A stretch of 62,097 nucleotides of DNA, counting the filler, from Choristocarpus tenellus KU-1152 (lineage: Eukaryota; Protista; Phaeophyceae): assembly GCA_964200185.2 (NCBI GenBank). It is 9 parts of 9 records of this genome, joined end to end, with 100 filler letters (N's around TTAATTAATTAA, not from the genome) between each part and the next. Parts side by side here need not be neighbours in the genome. Positions count along the whole stretch, not along the records: positions 1 to 3,946 come from CAXNAD020017002.1; positions 4,047 to 10,981 come from CAXNAD020007020.1; positions 11,082 to 15,364 come from CAXNAD020015301.1; 6 more parts are not named here. One strand, written 5' to 3'. The position numbers and the translations under genes were made by a program. Below, piece by piece: positions 1-13,540 of this stretch (position 1 is the first letter of the stretch; every line of letters begins with the position of its first letter). Under the pieces are notes generated by a model. The model worked only from the letters and a program-made list of their open reading frames with translations. It did no database searches and was not told where the DNA came from.

Positions 1-99
1 GAGAAGACTAGGGTACAGCACCCGATTGGTACCTCAGATGGGAAGGTGCGGTGATGGGCTTCGGAATAGGAAAATTGATTTGTTTTGTTTTTGTTATTG

Positions 100-660
100 T
101 TGGTGCTTTAACTAGGGAGGATTGAATGCTCTCGGTGCAGTTGTGTGAAAGCATGAAGAGATGCGCCTCGGGTCTTGTCAACAATCTAGAAGCTCAGTGT
201 AATGTATTGCTGAATCAGGTATGGCGGTGTCATTACTCTGAGTGTTAGTGGGAGTTGTTGGTGGAACTCCAGTGCGGTAGGTAGGTGTGTGGGAATGTGA
301 AAGATTACTGTGTGATTTGTAAGTTCTCCTGAGGATGTGTATGGTATGCTGTGTGCAAGATCCCCATAGTTTCAGGTTAAACAGAATGATCTGCAAGGAA
401 ATTTTCAGGGGTGTGGAAGCTGGGAGGCCTTGGCTGTACCATTTCATAGCTGTTGAACTTGAAATGCGACCGAAATGGTTTAGAAATCCCCCTTGCATCA
501 CCCTCCTCAGGGTGGCACAGAATTTGCTCATTTTGGCCAATGCTTGAGCAAGAGAGAGAGAGAGAGAGAGTGAGACTGTAATGCAATTGGCAGGAACCTT
601 GCAGCCACTTGAGCGTTAGATGTTCACCAAATCTAAGTTTCAAGAATTAGCAGCATAGAA
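100..660 (-). mobile_element. Possible LINE RT fragment
   Basis: LRRVMQGG (cf. RGVxQG) followed by FLADH (cf. FADD). Confidence 0.3.
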
Positions 661-3600
661 GTGGTGGTTCCATCCGCAGGGCTTCAAATTACAATTTTAG
701 TTTGACCCTCTATATCCATTTCCCTCAAGCTCCACACTTGTCCCTTCTCTCCTCCCCCACATCATGTCCGACATTCTCCTCTCCTGCTGCAAACTGACAA
801 CGGTGCTTGCACTGTGGGGGGGTTGGGGGGGTTGGTATTAACTGCTTGTGTGTATCCACCTCCGCAGACAAGTGGCCCTATTCCACGGCTTTGAGTGGCT
901 ACAAGAGACGGTTGAGCACATTCTTATCATAGATGGGCAACTGCAACCTGCAGTAGAAGAAAAAGACCAACCCGAGGATGAGGAGGATGAAGCCAAGGAG
1001 GGTTAGAGGTTGATAAAAGTGGTACTGGGTGGGGAATACGAGAGGCAGAGGATTTACAAGGGACTAAAATTTGTACAAATCGTTCCTTCAGAGCCTCCCT
1101 GTGGGAGCGAATTCCCACTTGAGACCATGTGGGAGCTTGGACCTTACCAGATACAGAGGATCGGCACAAGTCTTGGACAGACTATGGTGGCACTGTGGAA
1201 TTAGGTTTTACATGGTGCATTACGTACTACTGTCCTACTTCATTACCTTCCTCTTCCTAGTGGTGTCGAGTTTTGATCACGCCTTTGCTTGGTACTATGT
1301 AGTGTATTTTATCTCGCCCCTGTCCTGTTCCTTGCCTTGTAATTTTTGTTTTGGTGCCAAGTGCTGATATGGACTGTATCTGTTTGTTGGTCTGCTTGCC
1401 CAATGTCATATAGTGAGGTGTACTGCTTTGAGGTGGTAGAAAAGGTTGGATAATACTGGTGCAGGAGAGAAGGTGCGATTATCTCTCGCAGCAGGTGGCA
1501 CAAAATCGAGGAATATTATAGATTATGTTACCCGCTGACAGGAGGCTAGGTCAATGTCTGTAAGTACGATCAGCTCGCATCTATTGATACATGTCCTGAG
1601 CACACGGAAACAAGGGGAGTTGATCAACGGTCTTTCTCCTCTTATGAAAGTTGTGCTCTGCTTGCTTTGTGATAAGCTTGAGAATTAGTGTGTGTAACGT
1701 GTCTCACTGTTTACTATAGCTGGCTGTGGGGGGAAATGATGCCACCTCGATCATAGAAAACGTTAGTTCTAATGGGGAAAAGGCTGGTGCGATCAGTTGT
1801 CCCAGCATATTTGATTGCTTAGTACCTTGAAGCACTTCCAAGCGATATCACAAGAACGACTCTTTCAAGAATAAACTTTGGGAATGGGGGCAGTTGTGGA
1901 TGAGGACAGTCATTTCCATTAATGTCCTTTATGCAAACATTTGTGTGAAAGAAGTAGACCGGGAGTTGTTCGATGTCTGTAAACCCAGTATCATCGTTGT
2001 ATGCCTTGAGGGAAGGTTGTTTGGAATGCAGGAAATGACTTGGAAGGGTTTCCTTTGGTGGTACTCTGGAGTATTAGACTACTACATACATAGTATCATG
2101 TTGAGGAGGTCGTGAAGGTTAGTGTTAGGGTAGGTATCCAATTTTTTGGTTGATTGGGAATGATTTGGGTTCACGTTGGCTGGATGAATCGGAATTGGTT
2201 GTTGCAATGTCAGTGGCTGAGTGTCGATATTCGGTATCTTTGGTATTCCTGTGTATTGCAAAAAGAGCGTTCGTTCCTCAGGTTGTGAGTGTTTACGTGA
2301 CATTTGACAGAACGGAGTGTTGGTGTATTGTAACCTCGCGTTAGCGTGTGTTGTGACATGTCTTGAAACACCTCTGTCATCATAATACTACTATGAATAC
2401 TACCACTACTTGATGGAGTGCATAGGCGGAGTAACATATCGCTTACATTTCTCAACACACGAACCATGTCGGACGAAGTATGTCACTGTACCTGGTAACT
2501 CCTTTGAACCTGACTGTTGGGTGGTATCAGCATAATATGAATCAGTAACAGTTTAATATTCTAGAAGCACAATTTACTACTCCGTGAATCTCCTCGCGTT
2601 TTGTCCTTTCTGTGTGGGGGGCAAACGCGCCATATTTTGTTCCTTGTTTAACCACAAAATATGGCGCTCAATGTGCCCACATCCTCTGTATATACCTTGT
2701 GCTATTTTTTCAAATATACGTGAGAGTACGACTTCATCAGAGGTTAGTTTTGAGTGGCAAACAGGGCACCGTGCTGATCTACACCGTTCCAACCAATGAT
2801 CTCATCATCGAGATATTATGTTCTAGCAATACATGATCTTCAGCAATTTTTCAGTGTATTGTCCGTTCTTTGGTGCACCTATGCCCATATTGTGCCGACC
2901 TGATTCAAAATAAGGAGTACTTGTCATCTTTCCCTCCCTACCTTGCTTTACATCTGCCCATCTATACCGTCGTGACCCACACTGTGCCCAACGCGTGAGG
3001 TCTCTATCAGGAACTACTCTTGAAGTTGATGACAACCCTTCATCATTTGCTGTGCAAGGTAATTATTTTTTAGATCGTTGAACTGGTGAACGTGTTAGAC
3101 GTTATCTTACTTGTCTAGCATGCAAAGGGAGGATGGCATTGTCTATGGTTGAAAACAAGAACATCGTGAGAGCTTGATTCTTGAAGTATGATTCCTTGTT
3201 GGTCCTGGTATAAATAAAACAATAAAACATCCGCCCGTTCCAGTACAAGGTACAAGGACCCACGCGATGCTGGGTATCATGGACAACAAAAGATGATGGA
3301 TTTGACCCAGAATTGTATGTATATCCTATAGGATATGGAGCTCACCATGCGGGATTTACTTGTTCGTAATATTTCTGCTCTTCTTATGGTGGAGTCCCCA
3401 CAAACAGCCGATCATCAAAATTGAGGATGGAGCTTTTTATTGAGGATGAGCGAGACGCGGATTGGTGTGTGGAAAGTGCACGTATGTTTTTTTTTTAATG
3501 TTGTGGCACTTTTGGAAGGCCCCACTACGAATGGGAATCCATCCCGACGAAGGTGTTAGTAGGACAGTGTGTGGGGGGCGGCAACGATTTCGTTTGATCG

Positions 3601-3946
3601 TCGTGTACATGTATGCCCTGCATTGGCTTGCTTTCTTGAATAATTAGTGCGGTCGGTGGAGTAATTTGACTGTCGATGGTGGCGGTGGTAGAAAATAATA
3701 GTACTTTGAAGTATAGTTTTTTTCGGGGCGGCATCTCATTGTCATTATGGATGGCTGACTGACTGAGAAGAAGTGTTATTTTCCTACATTGTTAATTTGT
3801 TTATTTTTTATTGCTATTGTCACCAAGTAGAAGAAGCTACCACTGAGCGCATACAAGTATTGACATTATATGATGACCGACCTCTTTGTACAAATATCTC
3901 AGTCATGCCCGAGATATGGTTTGTTGCGATCTGCCCCCCCCCCACC

Positions 3947-4046
3947 NNNNNNNNNNNNNNNNNNNNNNNNNNNNNNNNNNNNNNNNNNNNTTAATTAATT
4001 AANNNNNNNNNNNNNNNNNNNNNNNNNNNNNNNNNNNNNNNNNNNN
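3947..4046. other. Assembly spacer (N44-TTAATTAATTAA-N44); also at 10982, 15365, 24787, 35911, 38677, 46278, 51164
   Basis: Identical 100-nt structure with a six-frame stop linker. Confidence 0.99.
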
Positions 4047-4149
4047 GGGGGAACAACACACCCTGGTGTAGCCCCCCCCCCCCCCCCCCCAGATACTTTG
4101 GGTCTACTCAAACAGCCAGTCACATCACACATCCTCAACATAGCATTGG

Positions 4150-5700
4150 GTGATCTCCCACACCTCTGTAGAACAGATCAGCTTCCTTGGGTGAGGCGTA
4201 CCCCTTCACATCATTATTCCCTAGTTCATGTGGGACCGCTTGAACGTGTTATTTCCCTTGCACATATGATCTCCTTTAGTATGGTCTTCATCGTTGTCCA
4301 CAACTGCCCAAGAGTGGCTGAAATATATCTGTTGAAGGCATCCTTAACTATATTGAAGAGTTCATCCACCGTCCGAGGTGGTTTGATCCCTAGAGAGACA
4401 GGATGGAGTTGAAGAACCCTAGTCGAGAGTGTTGATATGGTACAGGCGTGCCCCTCAGAACTCACCTCCACAGGATATACAACTCAAATCCAACGACCTT
4501 AAAACGACCCTATCTATGGGGGTGTTGCCCTTGATATTATTTTCATCATCCACCCAATTTCTTTGGTCTTCTTGCAACTGCTCTACACGTACTCCAATCA
4601 TAACCCTTTATTCTGCAACTTCTTAGGGACTTCGACAACTGTTAGGTATGCATTCCGAACCTTACTCTGTATCTTCTATGAAATCATCATTTATTCTGTA
4701 AGGCTACCTATGTGTTACTAATATCGTATATTGTTTGCACTTGTTAGAACGCGAGAAACAATCCTCGAACTATACATCTGTTAGAAATGTTCGTGTTTGC
4801 TAAAACATGGGAAGAAATGCTCGCGCTATTCGTCTGTAACAGATATCAGGGCTGTTGTTGGGCGGCTGGTTGTTGTTGGGCGGCTGGTTGTTGATGGGAG
4901 GCTGGTTGTTGATGCGAACGTTCCACCTGTCAGATGTGAACACTTCGAGCATACCTGGGTCTTCATTGATAATCTGTGGACGTGCATTGTCTTGATGGAG
5001 GAGGTAAATCGCCCATTACCTCCCACCTCGTGGCCCCTTCTCTTCATTACAGGTATCATATTGTCAATCAGCATCCTTTTGGTAGACCTCCCTAGTGGCT
5101 CCCACTGCCTTTGTCTCTATTGTTCCTGTGGGTCTGTTTCTGCTGCCACTTATCACTGTAACTTTCAAAATGAACCGAAAGATGTCAAGGTTCCCATCAA
5201 AGTTGTTATTGGCAGCGATATCGAACCTTCGACAAGGTATTGCAGATACTTTGGTGATGTGGTCCTTGTGCTTCACCGTGCAGACACTCTACAGGCACAA
5301 GGCTCCTCGCAATCAAAGTGGTAGTGCTTCTGACTATCCCTCCAGATATATAATGAAATCTCATCCACAGTGGGAAGCCTTCAAACTGGTGGAACCTCTT
5401 CGAGCCTCCCAGTCCCTCGGTGACTCAACCCGTTGCCCAACTCAACCTTTGCAGCTTCCACTCACTAGAAAGAAAATGTCTGAAGATGGTTTGAGCACGC
5501 CCTTAAACCAAGCTTTTCCAGGTTGTGCCTCACAGTAGATCGAGGGATACCCAGCTGCGTCGCCGCAATGCACTGCATTGTGCGGTTTCTTGTGGAGATC
5601 ATTTTGAGGGTATGCCGAAGTCGTTGATATTTATCCCTTTTCGACCAGAAGTCCCCTTCCATTCCATATCAATGTCAGGATCCATAACAAACAGCACCCT
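4150..5700 (-). mobile_element. Older mariner-like transposase of a different family, disrupted by ~0.5 kb intervening sequence
   Basis: HTH-like ATQLGIPRSTV; KHKDHITKV, FDGNLDIF, SRNRPTGTIETKAV, MLIDNMIP (5010-5660); DINTLD.GFFNSILSL and PRTVDELFNIVKDAF (4230-4440). Confidence 0.75.
4849..4913. repeat. 18-bp tandem repeat (GGCTGGTTGTTGwTGGGm), about 3.5 copies
   Basis: Directly visible. Confidence 0.85.
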
Positions 5701-7211
5701 TCTGAATCTAATGAACCTTCCAAACCGTTGTATCGGTTTCAAGTATCTCGGAAATATGTCACTATCCAACAACGTGCCATTCGTGTTGCGTTGATAGAGG
5801 TCCACAATCACCATCCTTCATTCAAAAAGCGTCATATATTTCTTTTGATAATCTTAGAGATATTTTCACCTATTGTTAGAGTATGACTGGAAGGTTCCTG
5901 ACGATTCAAATCGCGATCTTGGTTCGATTTTAGTATGAAAGCATATAATATGTTTTTCTTTGTGTCTTCTGCATTCCGTTTTGAAGTGGCAAACTAGACT
6001 ATCTTCACAAAAGTGAAATGGAGTTGATGATACTATACAATACGATATACAATACCCAAATCTGAACTGCAAGTTTTCTACGATATTCTGTTCAATGTGT
6101 CACCTGTAATCGCAATCATATTCTATCATGATTTACAGGAAGAAGACGATTTTGTGTCTCCACAATGTTTCGTACGAGGTGAAAGATCGTGAGACTACCA
6201 CTTGCGGTCAAGTTGTGTGTGTCTCAGTCAATGGGGATCAAGTGATCCAGAATACCCTCAGGAGAAAATGAGAGTGAACAGTGATAAATGTAATGCAAAA
6301 AATGCAAAAAAAAATCCAACCCAACTAACCCCGTCTTCATCAGAGGTCCTGTTGAGGCGTCATAATCGAATACTCATTTCCAGATACTTTTGGGCAGTTA
6401 TTACTGTTTTTGCTAGATATGCCATTTCTGAGGAAAGTATACGTGTTCAAAAACAGTTTCTCAACCATTTCGAAACGAAAAATATTTTGAAAATATCTAT
6501 GTGTCAACCAGAGTTGTTGGCTTTCGAACTATATTATTTGTTTTTTCACAAAAAATATCACATTTGGAAAGGTTATTCACAAAAATACACAAAAATACAA
6601 ACTTACGAGATAGAGCATATGTCATGGGATGAATTGACCTGGAGTAGATTTTACACCAGTTTGTATGTCTCCGGTCTAATTGATGGGACTGAAGTATTTC
6701 TCCTTGGCCTCAAACGGAACGTATCTTGGGTTCCACGTGGAGTTAGGGTCCCAAACTAGCTGCATTAGATCCCACTTGCCCCCACGATTCCCACCATATT
6801 TTGTTTGTTGCCTAACTCGAAATATTCCAGAAGATGTGTCAAAAAATCTTGAGTACCAGTTCCTTCTGTTACAGTATCGAATGCTTGTAGACAGTGAACC
6901 CACCTAATTCCTGCTAAAGACTGCCTATTATTTTGAGGGTGGGTACGTGTACGTGTGAGACGCTTTGAAAGGTCCCCTCATAGATTTAGGTGAACATAGG
7001 AGTTAACCTGGAGCCATGTCATGTCCATACAGTAGTTGATTCACATAGTCGTGTCCATCCACACTCTTGTCACCGGAGTGTCGGGTTCGAACCCGGTTTG
7101 AAGAGGCCTGACTTTCTCCACACGAAGTTAGACTTTGATGGACTTTGATGACTTTGATGGACTTTGATGGACCTCGTACGGAAGAGCGTTGGGAAGCCTT
7201 AGATCACTAAG

Positions 7212-7545
7212 TGTGCAATTTACCTTGGAAAGTAATGCTATTTTTCAGTGGTGAAGACAAGAAGGTGTGGAGCCTCACACGGTTCCCCTTTGCTGAACGT
7301 GATTACATGGTTGAAATTAGAAGAGTGACCTTTGTGAGGTATCTTCTATTGGTTGTTTTGTTAGTATTTTGTGCTTCCTACATACGTCAACGGTTATGCC
7401 AAAGTAGTTGGATGCGGAATAAAAACCCATACATAATCCCATTCATAATCCGGATGCACTATCTCATTAGTTACATCTCTCATACACAAAATATGGTACA
7501 CCTCACTACTGTCCTATTTGGCACACTCCCCCATGAGAGTGCAGG
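7212..7545 (-). mobile_element. Copia-like 3' LTR (family 2, 7212-7525) plus PPT
   Basis: TGTGC...GCACA termini; junction GCACACTCCCCCATGAGAGTGCAG is identical to 43784-43807; LTR ends recur at 38777-38845 and 51264-51329. Confidence 0.7.
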
Positions 7546-7903
7546 CAATGAAGGGTTGTTGGAACTCTCAAACCTAAAACATCTTATTCTGGACAAGCTA
7601 CACCTGCACCTTACAGTAAACCACAAAAAGGGTAATGCAGAAAGATCTGAATAGTGGTGGCAAAGATTCGTTACAGAAGGAGGGAGTAGGCACCAGATTC
7701 GAGAGACAGAATGGAGCGAGGAGTGGTGGGATTACTGATCCCAAAGCTCTAGAAAAATAAAAAAAATCTGTACTTTTCAGCGCAAATTGTTGTAGTGCAA
7801 CAGGGTAGTGTGTATGGTAGAAGAAATGGTGCAGTGTGTACTGCCATCTGACCACCGGTATAACCAGTATAGCTGCCCCACATAAAATATTGTTATTTGT
7901 AGT

Positions 7904-8137
7904 GAGTGAAAGTATCTTAGAGGGTACATTTTTTGCCCTGTTTGTCCATTTGAGGCTTGGCTTCTCACAGGTTTTTAATGACATTTCACCTACTCCAAAA
8001 TGTTTTGAAAAGGAGTGTCCAGAACAAGGATATTGGCATCTCTTAACAAACATGATAGCCAAAATTACATCAAAATTGCAACATTGGATTTTGGCCCCCA
8101 AATGGACGAGGCTCTACCCTCTAAGATACATTGACTC
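7904..8137 (+). mobile_element. MITE family A (GAG..AAAGTATCTyAGAGGGTA TIR)
   Basis: ~22-bp TIRs; six copies in the window. Confidence 0.85.
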
Positions 8138-8697
8138 AGTGATTCCAGTCATGGATTGCATGTGTCCGTTGGTTTCTGGTGCAACCGTGACTGAGGAAAG
8201 ATGTGAATTATACTAGATCCCCCCTCCAACATATACTCGTATTTACATCCACACGTACAACGAGGAGAGGCGTTTTCCGCGCGCTCTTGGGTTCAATAGA
8301 ACCAAACGGCTTCAACAGACCAGAAAAAAGAACAGAAACCAGGGGAGTTCCACACCTTGGGGATATGTTTAATTTTATGGTAAGTCAAAAATTGTTTTAC
8401 CTTCCCCCGGCTTTCTTACATCTTACCCTAGCCACATAGTCAACATCTTTGTGACTGAGTGGTTGGGGGTTGAATCCTCTCCATGAACTTCACTGGATCA
8501 AAAAACGATCAACAAAAGTCTTGTCACCAAAATGGTTGTCTGGTTATAACTTTTCGAACTCCAAACAGCAAGCACAAGGGATTGTATGCCCCTGCTGTGA
8601 CTATAGATCCTACCATGTTCTCTGTCACTAGAAGATGTAATGATAGACAAAGAAAGAGGTGTCAGGCATATATTATCCAGCAATGCCCACCCCACCC

Positions 8698-8790
8698 TTG
8701 TGGTTCAGTGTGGTATTTCGAAGGCTGTTCCCTACATGATTTTGGTGGGTTCGAACCTCATCGATGCTATTAATACTCTTTTTTTTCACG
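8698..8790 (+). repeat. tRNA-derived SINE-like repeat; second copy on minus strand ~24090-24172
   Basis: A-box-like TGGTTCAGTGTGG, B-box GGTTCGAACC, then oligo-T; homologous copy in myosin intron 3. Confidence 0.45.
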
Positions 8791-9949
8791 GAATTCTGAT
8801 TTCAACTATCCAAGTTCCTTTCACTCCAACTGCTGCATAAATACTGCAATACTGCATGCCTGCACTATCCTATCTATTGCCGGACCGAAAAAATGTCGAA
8901 GAATGAGGTGGCAAGGCTTCACTGCTGACCAACACCAAGGTGGGTCCAGCACAAGATTCAAGGGCAAGGGTGGAGAGACGAGTGATGGAATGGCTGAACC
9001 CCACATACAAGAAGTAAGGAATAAATAGAGACCGTAGTACAAATAGCACGCAGTCTATCTTGGAGAAACCATAAAATAGTAACTGTGGAGACAAAGTGGA
9101 GTTTTCTCAATCGTGTGAAACCTCCTTTTAGGGGTGGGATGAAACATCCGTTTTGCATTTTCTGTGCACACTTTGTGGAGGCACAATTAGAGGGACCGAC
9201 ACACAAAATCCCCATGGGTGATCGATGATTGATTGATTCATTGATGGATGAAATAAAATAAACCAATAAAATCATTATGTCACATTCGTTCCATGAGTGA
9301 TGCAACGGTGCTAAAATGTTTTGTAGGTAATGTCGTGGAGGAAGAGCTACACATGACATGCTCGAACCCTTGGATAGAAGAAAAAAGACATAAAAAATAG
9401 AGAAGATAAGAATATAATGCATCTGATGAAAAGGTACAAAACAAAATATAAGAATATTTTTTAGAAAGAAATTAGGAGTAACAGGTTATAAGATGTACAA
9501 ATGCACCTTTAAAAAAAAGGAATAAATTAAATTAACAAATCAACATGGTATAATAAATGGAAAGTCCAGCAGCCAATTCTTCCCCCCCCCCACCCTGCCC
9601 CCTATAAACAGGTATCAATTCCAGCACCGAGGACCACAGCAAGTTCAAGGAGGGGCATACATGCACTCACAGTTATACAACGGAAAAACGTTAGACCAAG
9701 GCCGCACACCCACCAGCAACACATCGACATAGATGGGACCACCACTACCAAGAACCCTTCCCAATCTAAATCACATATCCAACCTCAGGCTTCACGGGTA
9801 ACACTACATTTGTTTGGTGACTGTGACCATTTTCGTGTGGTGAGGTGTGAATGCCTCAGCCTCCCTAGTATGTCAGACATCCATGAAATGTTTGGTCCCA
9901 CCCACCACACACCTGCGTCATCTGTTAGGTCCTCTCCAAGAAATCCCCA

Positions 9950-10930
9950 CTTTAATGCTCGCACCTCTAAACACCCAACATCATTTGGGAGGCACTACCA
10001 CTAGTTTTCTCCACTCCTCCCACCTTCCCCTTAAGTTTCCCAGCTGCAACTTCCCCAAACATGAAGTTCTTTATCAAACGAGCATTGTTTATGCACACCA
10101 CAAAACTCACAAACAACAGCCTCCGTTTGCCTATAGTTGTCTCAATGCTCTAGCACCCAGTTCTCACTTGCTGCTTCCGTGCAGACATGAGGTGGTCAAC
10201 ACAAATCCATACACAGAACCCAAAGTGGCAATGAAGGGACTGACCCATAGAATCCCAGAGGGTGGGCCAGGCATCTATTGGAGGACTGTGGGACCGTGTA
10301 GTGATTTCCGCGTCATAGGAGTAAATGTGTCAGATATAAGGGCAATTTACTTCATCTCCACACACCTTCCTTTTCGGTTCCCTAACCCTGAACCAAATTT
10401 GAAGGACCATCCTTCGCAAAACAGATATCAAACTGGTATCTTACAACACCACATCAAACCCCGAATGGACAACCTGGGCTAAACATCCCTTCCTCTATGA
10501 GGATACTATGACCTAACTTGAAAAAATATGAACCTGGTAGTAGTGGTCAGTCCTGGGTGTCCACACCATACAGTCACACAGCGCAACCTCAGGTACTTCA
10601 GCCTTTAGCATCCAAAATCTTCAGCTCAAGTGATACACCACTCTCTCAGTTGAATAGTCCTTTACAATACTTCACTAAAGTGCCACCAAGTCCATTGAGT
10701 CCGGTGGCAAAATCTGCTGGGCGATGATAACACTATCACTGATTGAGCCTCTGAGATAAACAAACAGATTTTCGTATTTTCGGATCTTCCTGTACCTCTG
10801 CGCCAAAGCCTCCATCTGCATTTCCTCTGCTGACTCACAGAGGATTTGGATGTACTTGTTCTCCATCTTCTCCTCTTGATAACATCAGTCCAAGTGCTTC
10901 ACACACACTTACAATCATTGTCATGGTCAT
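9950..10930 (-). mobile_element. RTE LINE 3' fragment with internal insertion
   Basis: MQMEALAQRY..FVYLRGSI, LELKI..LKAEV, SIETT..KRRLLFV, MFGE. Confidence 0.65.
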
Positions 10931-10937
10931 CATCTTG

Positions 10938-11130
10938 GGGGTCAAAGTATCTGGGGGGGGGGGGGGGTCGGCGCCCGTTTTNNNNNNNNNNNNNNNNNNN
11001 NNNNNNNNNNNNNNNNNNNNNNNNNTTAATTAATTAANNNNNNNNNNNNNNNNNNNNNNNNNNNNNNNNNNNNNNNNNNNNAATGGACCCCCTTGTGTAG
11101 ACCCTCCCCCCCCCCCAGATACTTTGGGTT
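10938..11130 (-). mobile_element. MITE family B ends flanking a gap; other partial ends at 4047-4104, 15297-15364, 35893-35910, 54212-54309
   Basis: CAAAGTATCTGGGG / CCCCAGATACTTTG termini. Confidence 0.75.
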
Positions 11131-11139
11131 GACGTACAA

Positions 11140-12700
11140 ACCATCCCATTATGGAAACTGGATGTGAGTGCTTATAAGAGCTTTTAGTAAACGTCTGTGC
11201 CACCGCGAAAGCATTCCAGAGGACTGCTTTCACGGTAGAAGAGGGGTTTTACGAAAGTCCATTCAATCCAAGGTTTCAACAAGTGCGTTGAGCCCAGTAT
11301 CCGCAAAAGGAGGTTACTATTTGCAAGTTTCATGTAGTGGATGGACAATGGTCGCTTGTCCAAGAATCTAATGCTCGGAAATCTTACCCCTGAGAAACCA
11401 AAGAGCGAGATTGGAGACTCAGAGAAAATCTAGTAGGGTACCTCTAAGATGACCTTAAGTTTTTGACATACCATCTGATTGGTGGGATTCGCTTGCAGAA
11501 GAATCAAACACATGGTACAAATGCGTGGAGCATAGAGCAAAATACTTAATGGACACCAGGCACACTGCTGAGGTCGAAGCAGCCACAGGTCGTCATATGA
11601 AAGCAACCTTAGCCACCAACCACGTGTGATAATTTCTGCTGAGCTTCTTCTATTCTTCTTCTTTGAAGGAGAAGGGTACTGGGTTCCGTGCCTAGCCTAG
11701 AATACTCTTCTTAGTGTTAATGGTTGTAGATTTATGTAACGGGTGTAACGGCTTAACCTAGATGCTAGCAGTACATGTGGATGTGTGCCCCTTCTTGAAC
11801 CAACTATGATCCTTGATATTGAAACTGATCCTTGAATTGTGTTTCTTTTTCTGTTATTTTCTTCTGTGAACTTACCTGATGGATCTGCATTTTTGGAACA
11901 TAGGTCCGATTTCTCTTGCTCTCTGTTACATTGCCTTTCTGATCACAAGTTCAAAATGTGATATGTTTCTTTCCTCCTTGATAAATCTGTCAATTGTTTT
12001 TCTTTCGAGCATCACTGCGTCATATCTCGAAACTACGTCGTGATAATCAGTCATCAATACAGTATTAATCCATATCACAAAATAGAACAGAAACGGTAGA
12101 AAGTAGAAATAAGTATACTGAACTACTCACATTATTTTGAAAGGTCGCAGACTCGTGGTTGAAAGTCCCAAGAAAGGTACAAGTTGGTAGAACTCTAATG
12201 TAATACTTCGAAGTGTTCCGCTATTCCGTTGAACGCTAACACGACCTTCTGCTTTGACAGTTGAGATAAACTCTGACAGTCACAGGCATGCCCTAGAAGA
12301 TTGTTGATGCATAACACGTACGTGATATTATTTATATCTCATTTACTCACACGGCTACCCTTTCTGCAATAGTCGCTCTCTAGTATGACTGAATTGCTTG
12401 GTCAACATTGGAAGTGAGTTGGTAGGGTCCTCTCTACTACTACTGCCATTGACTGTCGTCTAGAACAACCCTACCTCCAGAAGTTCCAAACGTCTAGATC
12501 TTATGATATGGTTCCAGGTGAAAAGTCTAGAAAAAACTAGACTGTTCTCAGAATTTTCTCCGGAACAGTGAAAATATCGTTTCTGGAAAGTAACCGCTTC
12601 ACGTGAAACTCCTACTTTGTTTCACCACGTATCCGGTACTATTTATCTTCAAGTCTATCGAGCACCAAACGCGAACACGAAGTAGAAGTCTTCAAATAAG
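11140..12700 (-). mobile_element. Degenerate Copia gag-protease remnant
   Basis: Zinc-knuckle-like KKGHTSTC (~11790) followed by protease-like LDSWTSDHCP (~11340-11370; cf. LDSGASxH); many stops. Confidence 0.45.
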
Positions 12701-13540
12701 ATCAACTAATAGTACCATGTTGGCCAAACAAGGCAATAACACAGTCAGAGCAATTTCTGGATGAGCTGGCGATCATTGCTGTGGGTCGGAGGGGGGCAGA
12801 GGGCTTTAGTCGGAAGGGAGCAGGGAAGGCACGACTGTGACAGATTGTCTTAGTAACTGCTCAAATAGCAATCTCTATACGTGCCATGCATTCTACACAT
12901 GGAAATACCGGGTCGGTGGACTAGCAGGGGCTTCACTGATTCATGTAATTATTCTCTTGCTTCTCGACCACCTTTATAGTGTCAGTCTAGGAGCAGTTTT
13001 GCCTATAGTTGTATTATTAGCCTTCTTCTCTTTTTTTAGTTTTCAAATACCCTGCAACTCTTGTTCGTGTTTATGATGGAACATCGTTGCACAGTTTAGT
13101 ACAGCGTCAGTACAGCTATTATCTAGTTCGTATGGTTTCAAGACATATTTAAGTTGGAAATTACCACTATTTTTTTTTTATAATAATGGGTTTTGCAGAC
13201 TCAATCTTTCGTCTTTTTCCTCCCCTCACACATCTGGAAAATGTCAGCAGGTATTATATCATAATGTGGATCCCTAGCTATGTCATTGTGCTTGTTGTGC
13301 TGTTTTCCTGGCATTTCTTCTTCTACTGACCCTTCTATTGCTGTTTTGTTGTGTTCTTTACTCCATGCGTCTTCTTTTCCCTACATCATAATCTATTCGA
13401 AACGTCAGTGGGCATAATAATATACTACATAGGACAACAATACACAGACAGCTGCTCCCCTGACATGGGAAAATGTCAGTAAGAATAATGTAATTGATAC
13501 TCTAGAGTATATACCAGTATTTGAAAACTAACAATACAAC

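Noticed and set aside
2577-2792. RING/SINA-like fragment (CPVCHSKL...SRIFEKIA...RGC)
   Set aside because: The first half of the RING was not found and the surrounding frames are closed; too weak to call.
3991-4002. TTAATTAATTAA repeated eight times
   Set aside because: Artificial six-frame stop linker inside N spacers, not biological.
4640-4852. Mini-LTR (TGTTA...TAACA) followed by PBS-like GATATCAGGGC inside the mariner remnant
   Set aside because: No second copy or TSD in the window to confirm it.
6202-6759. 185-aa ORF
   Set aside because: Non-ATG start, AT-rich, no recognisable domain or splice support.
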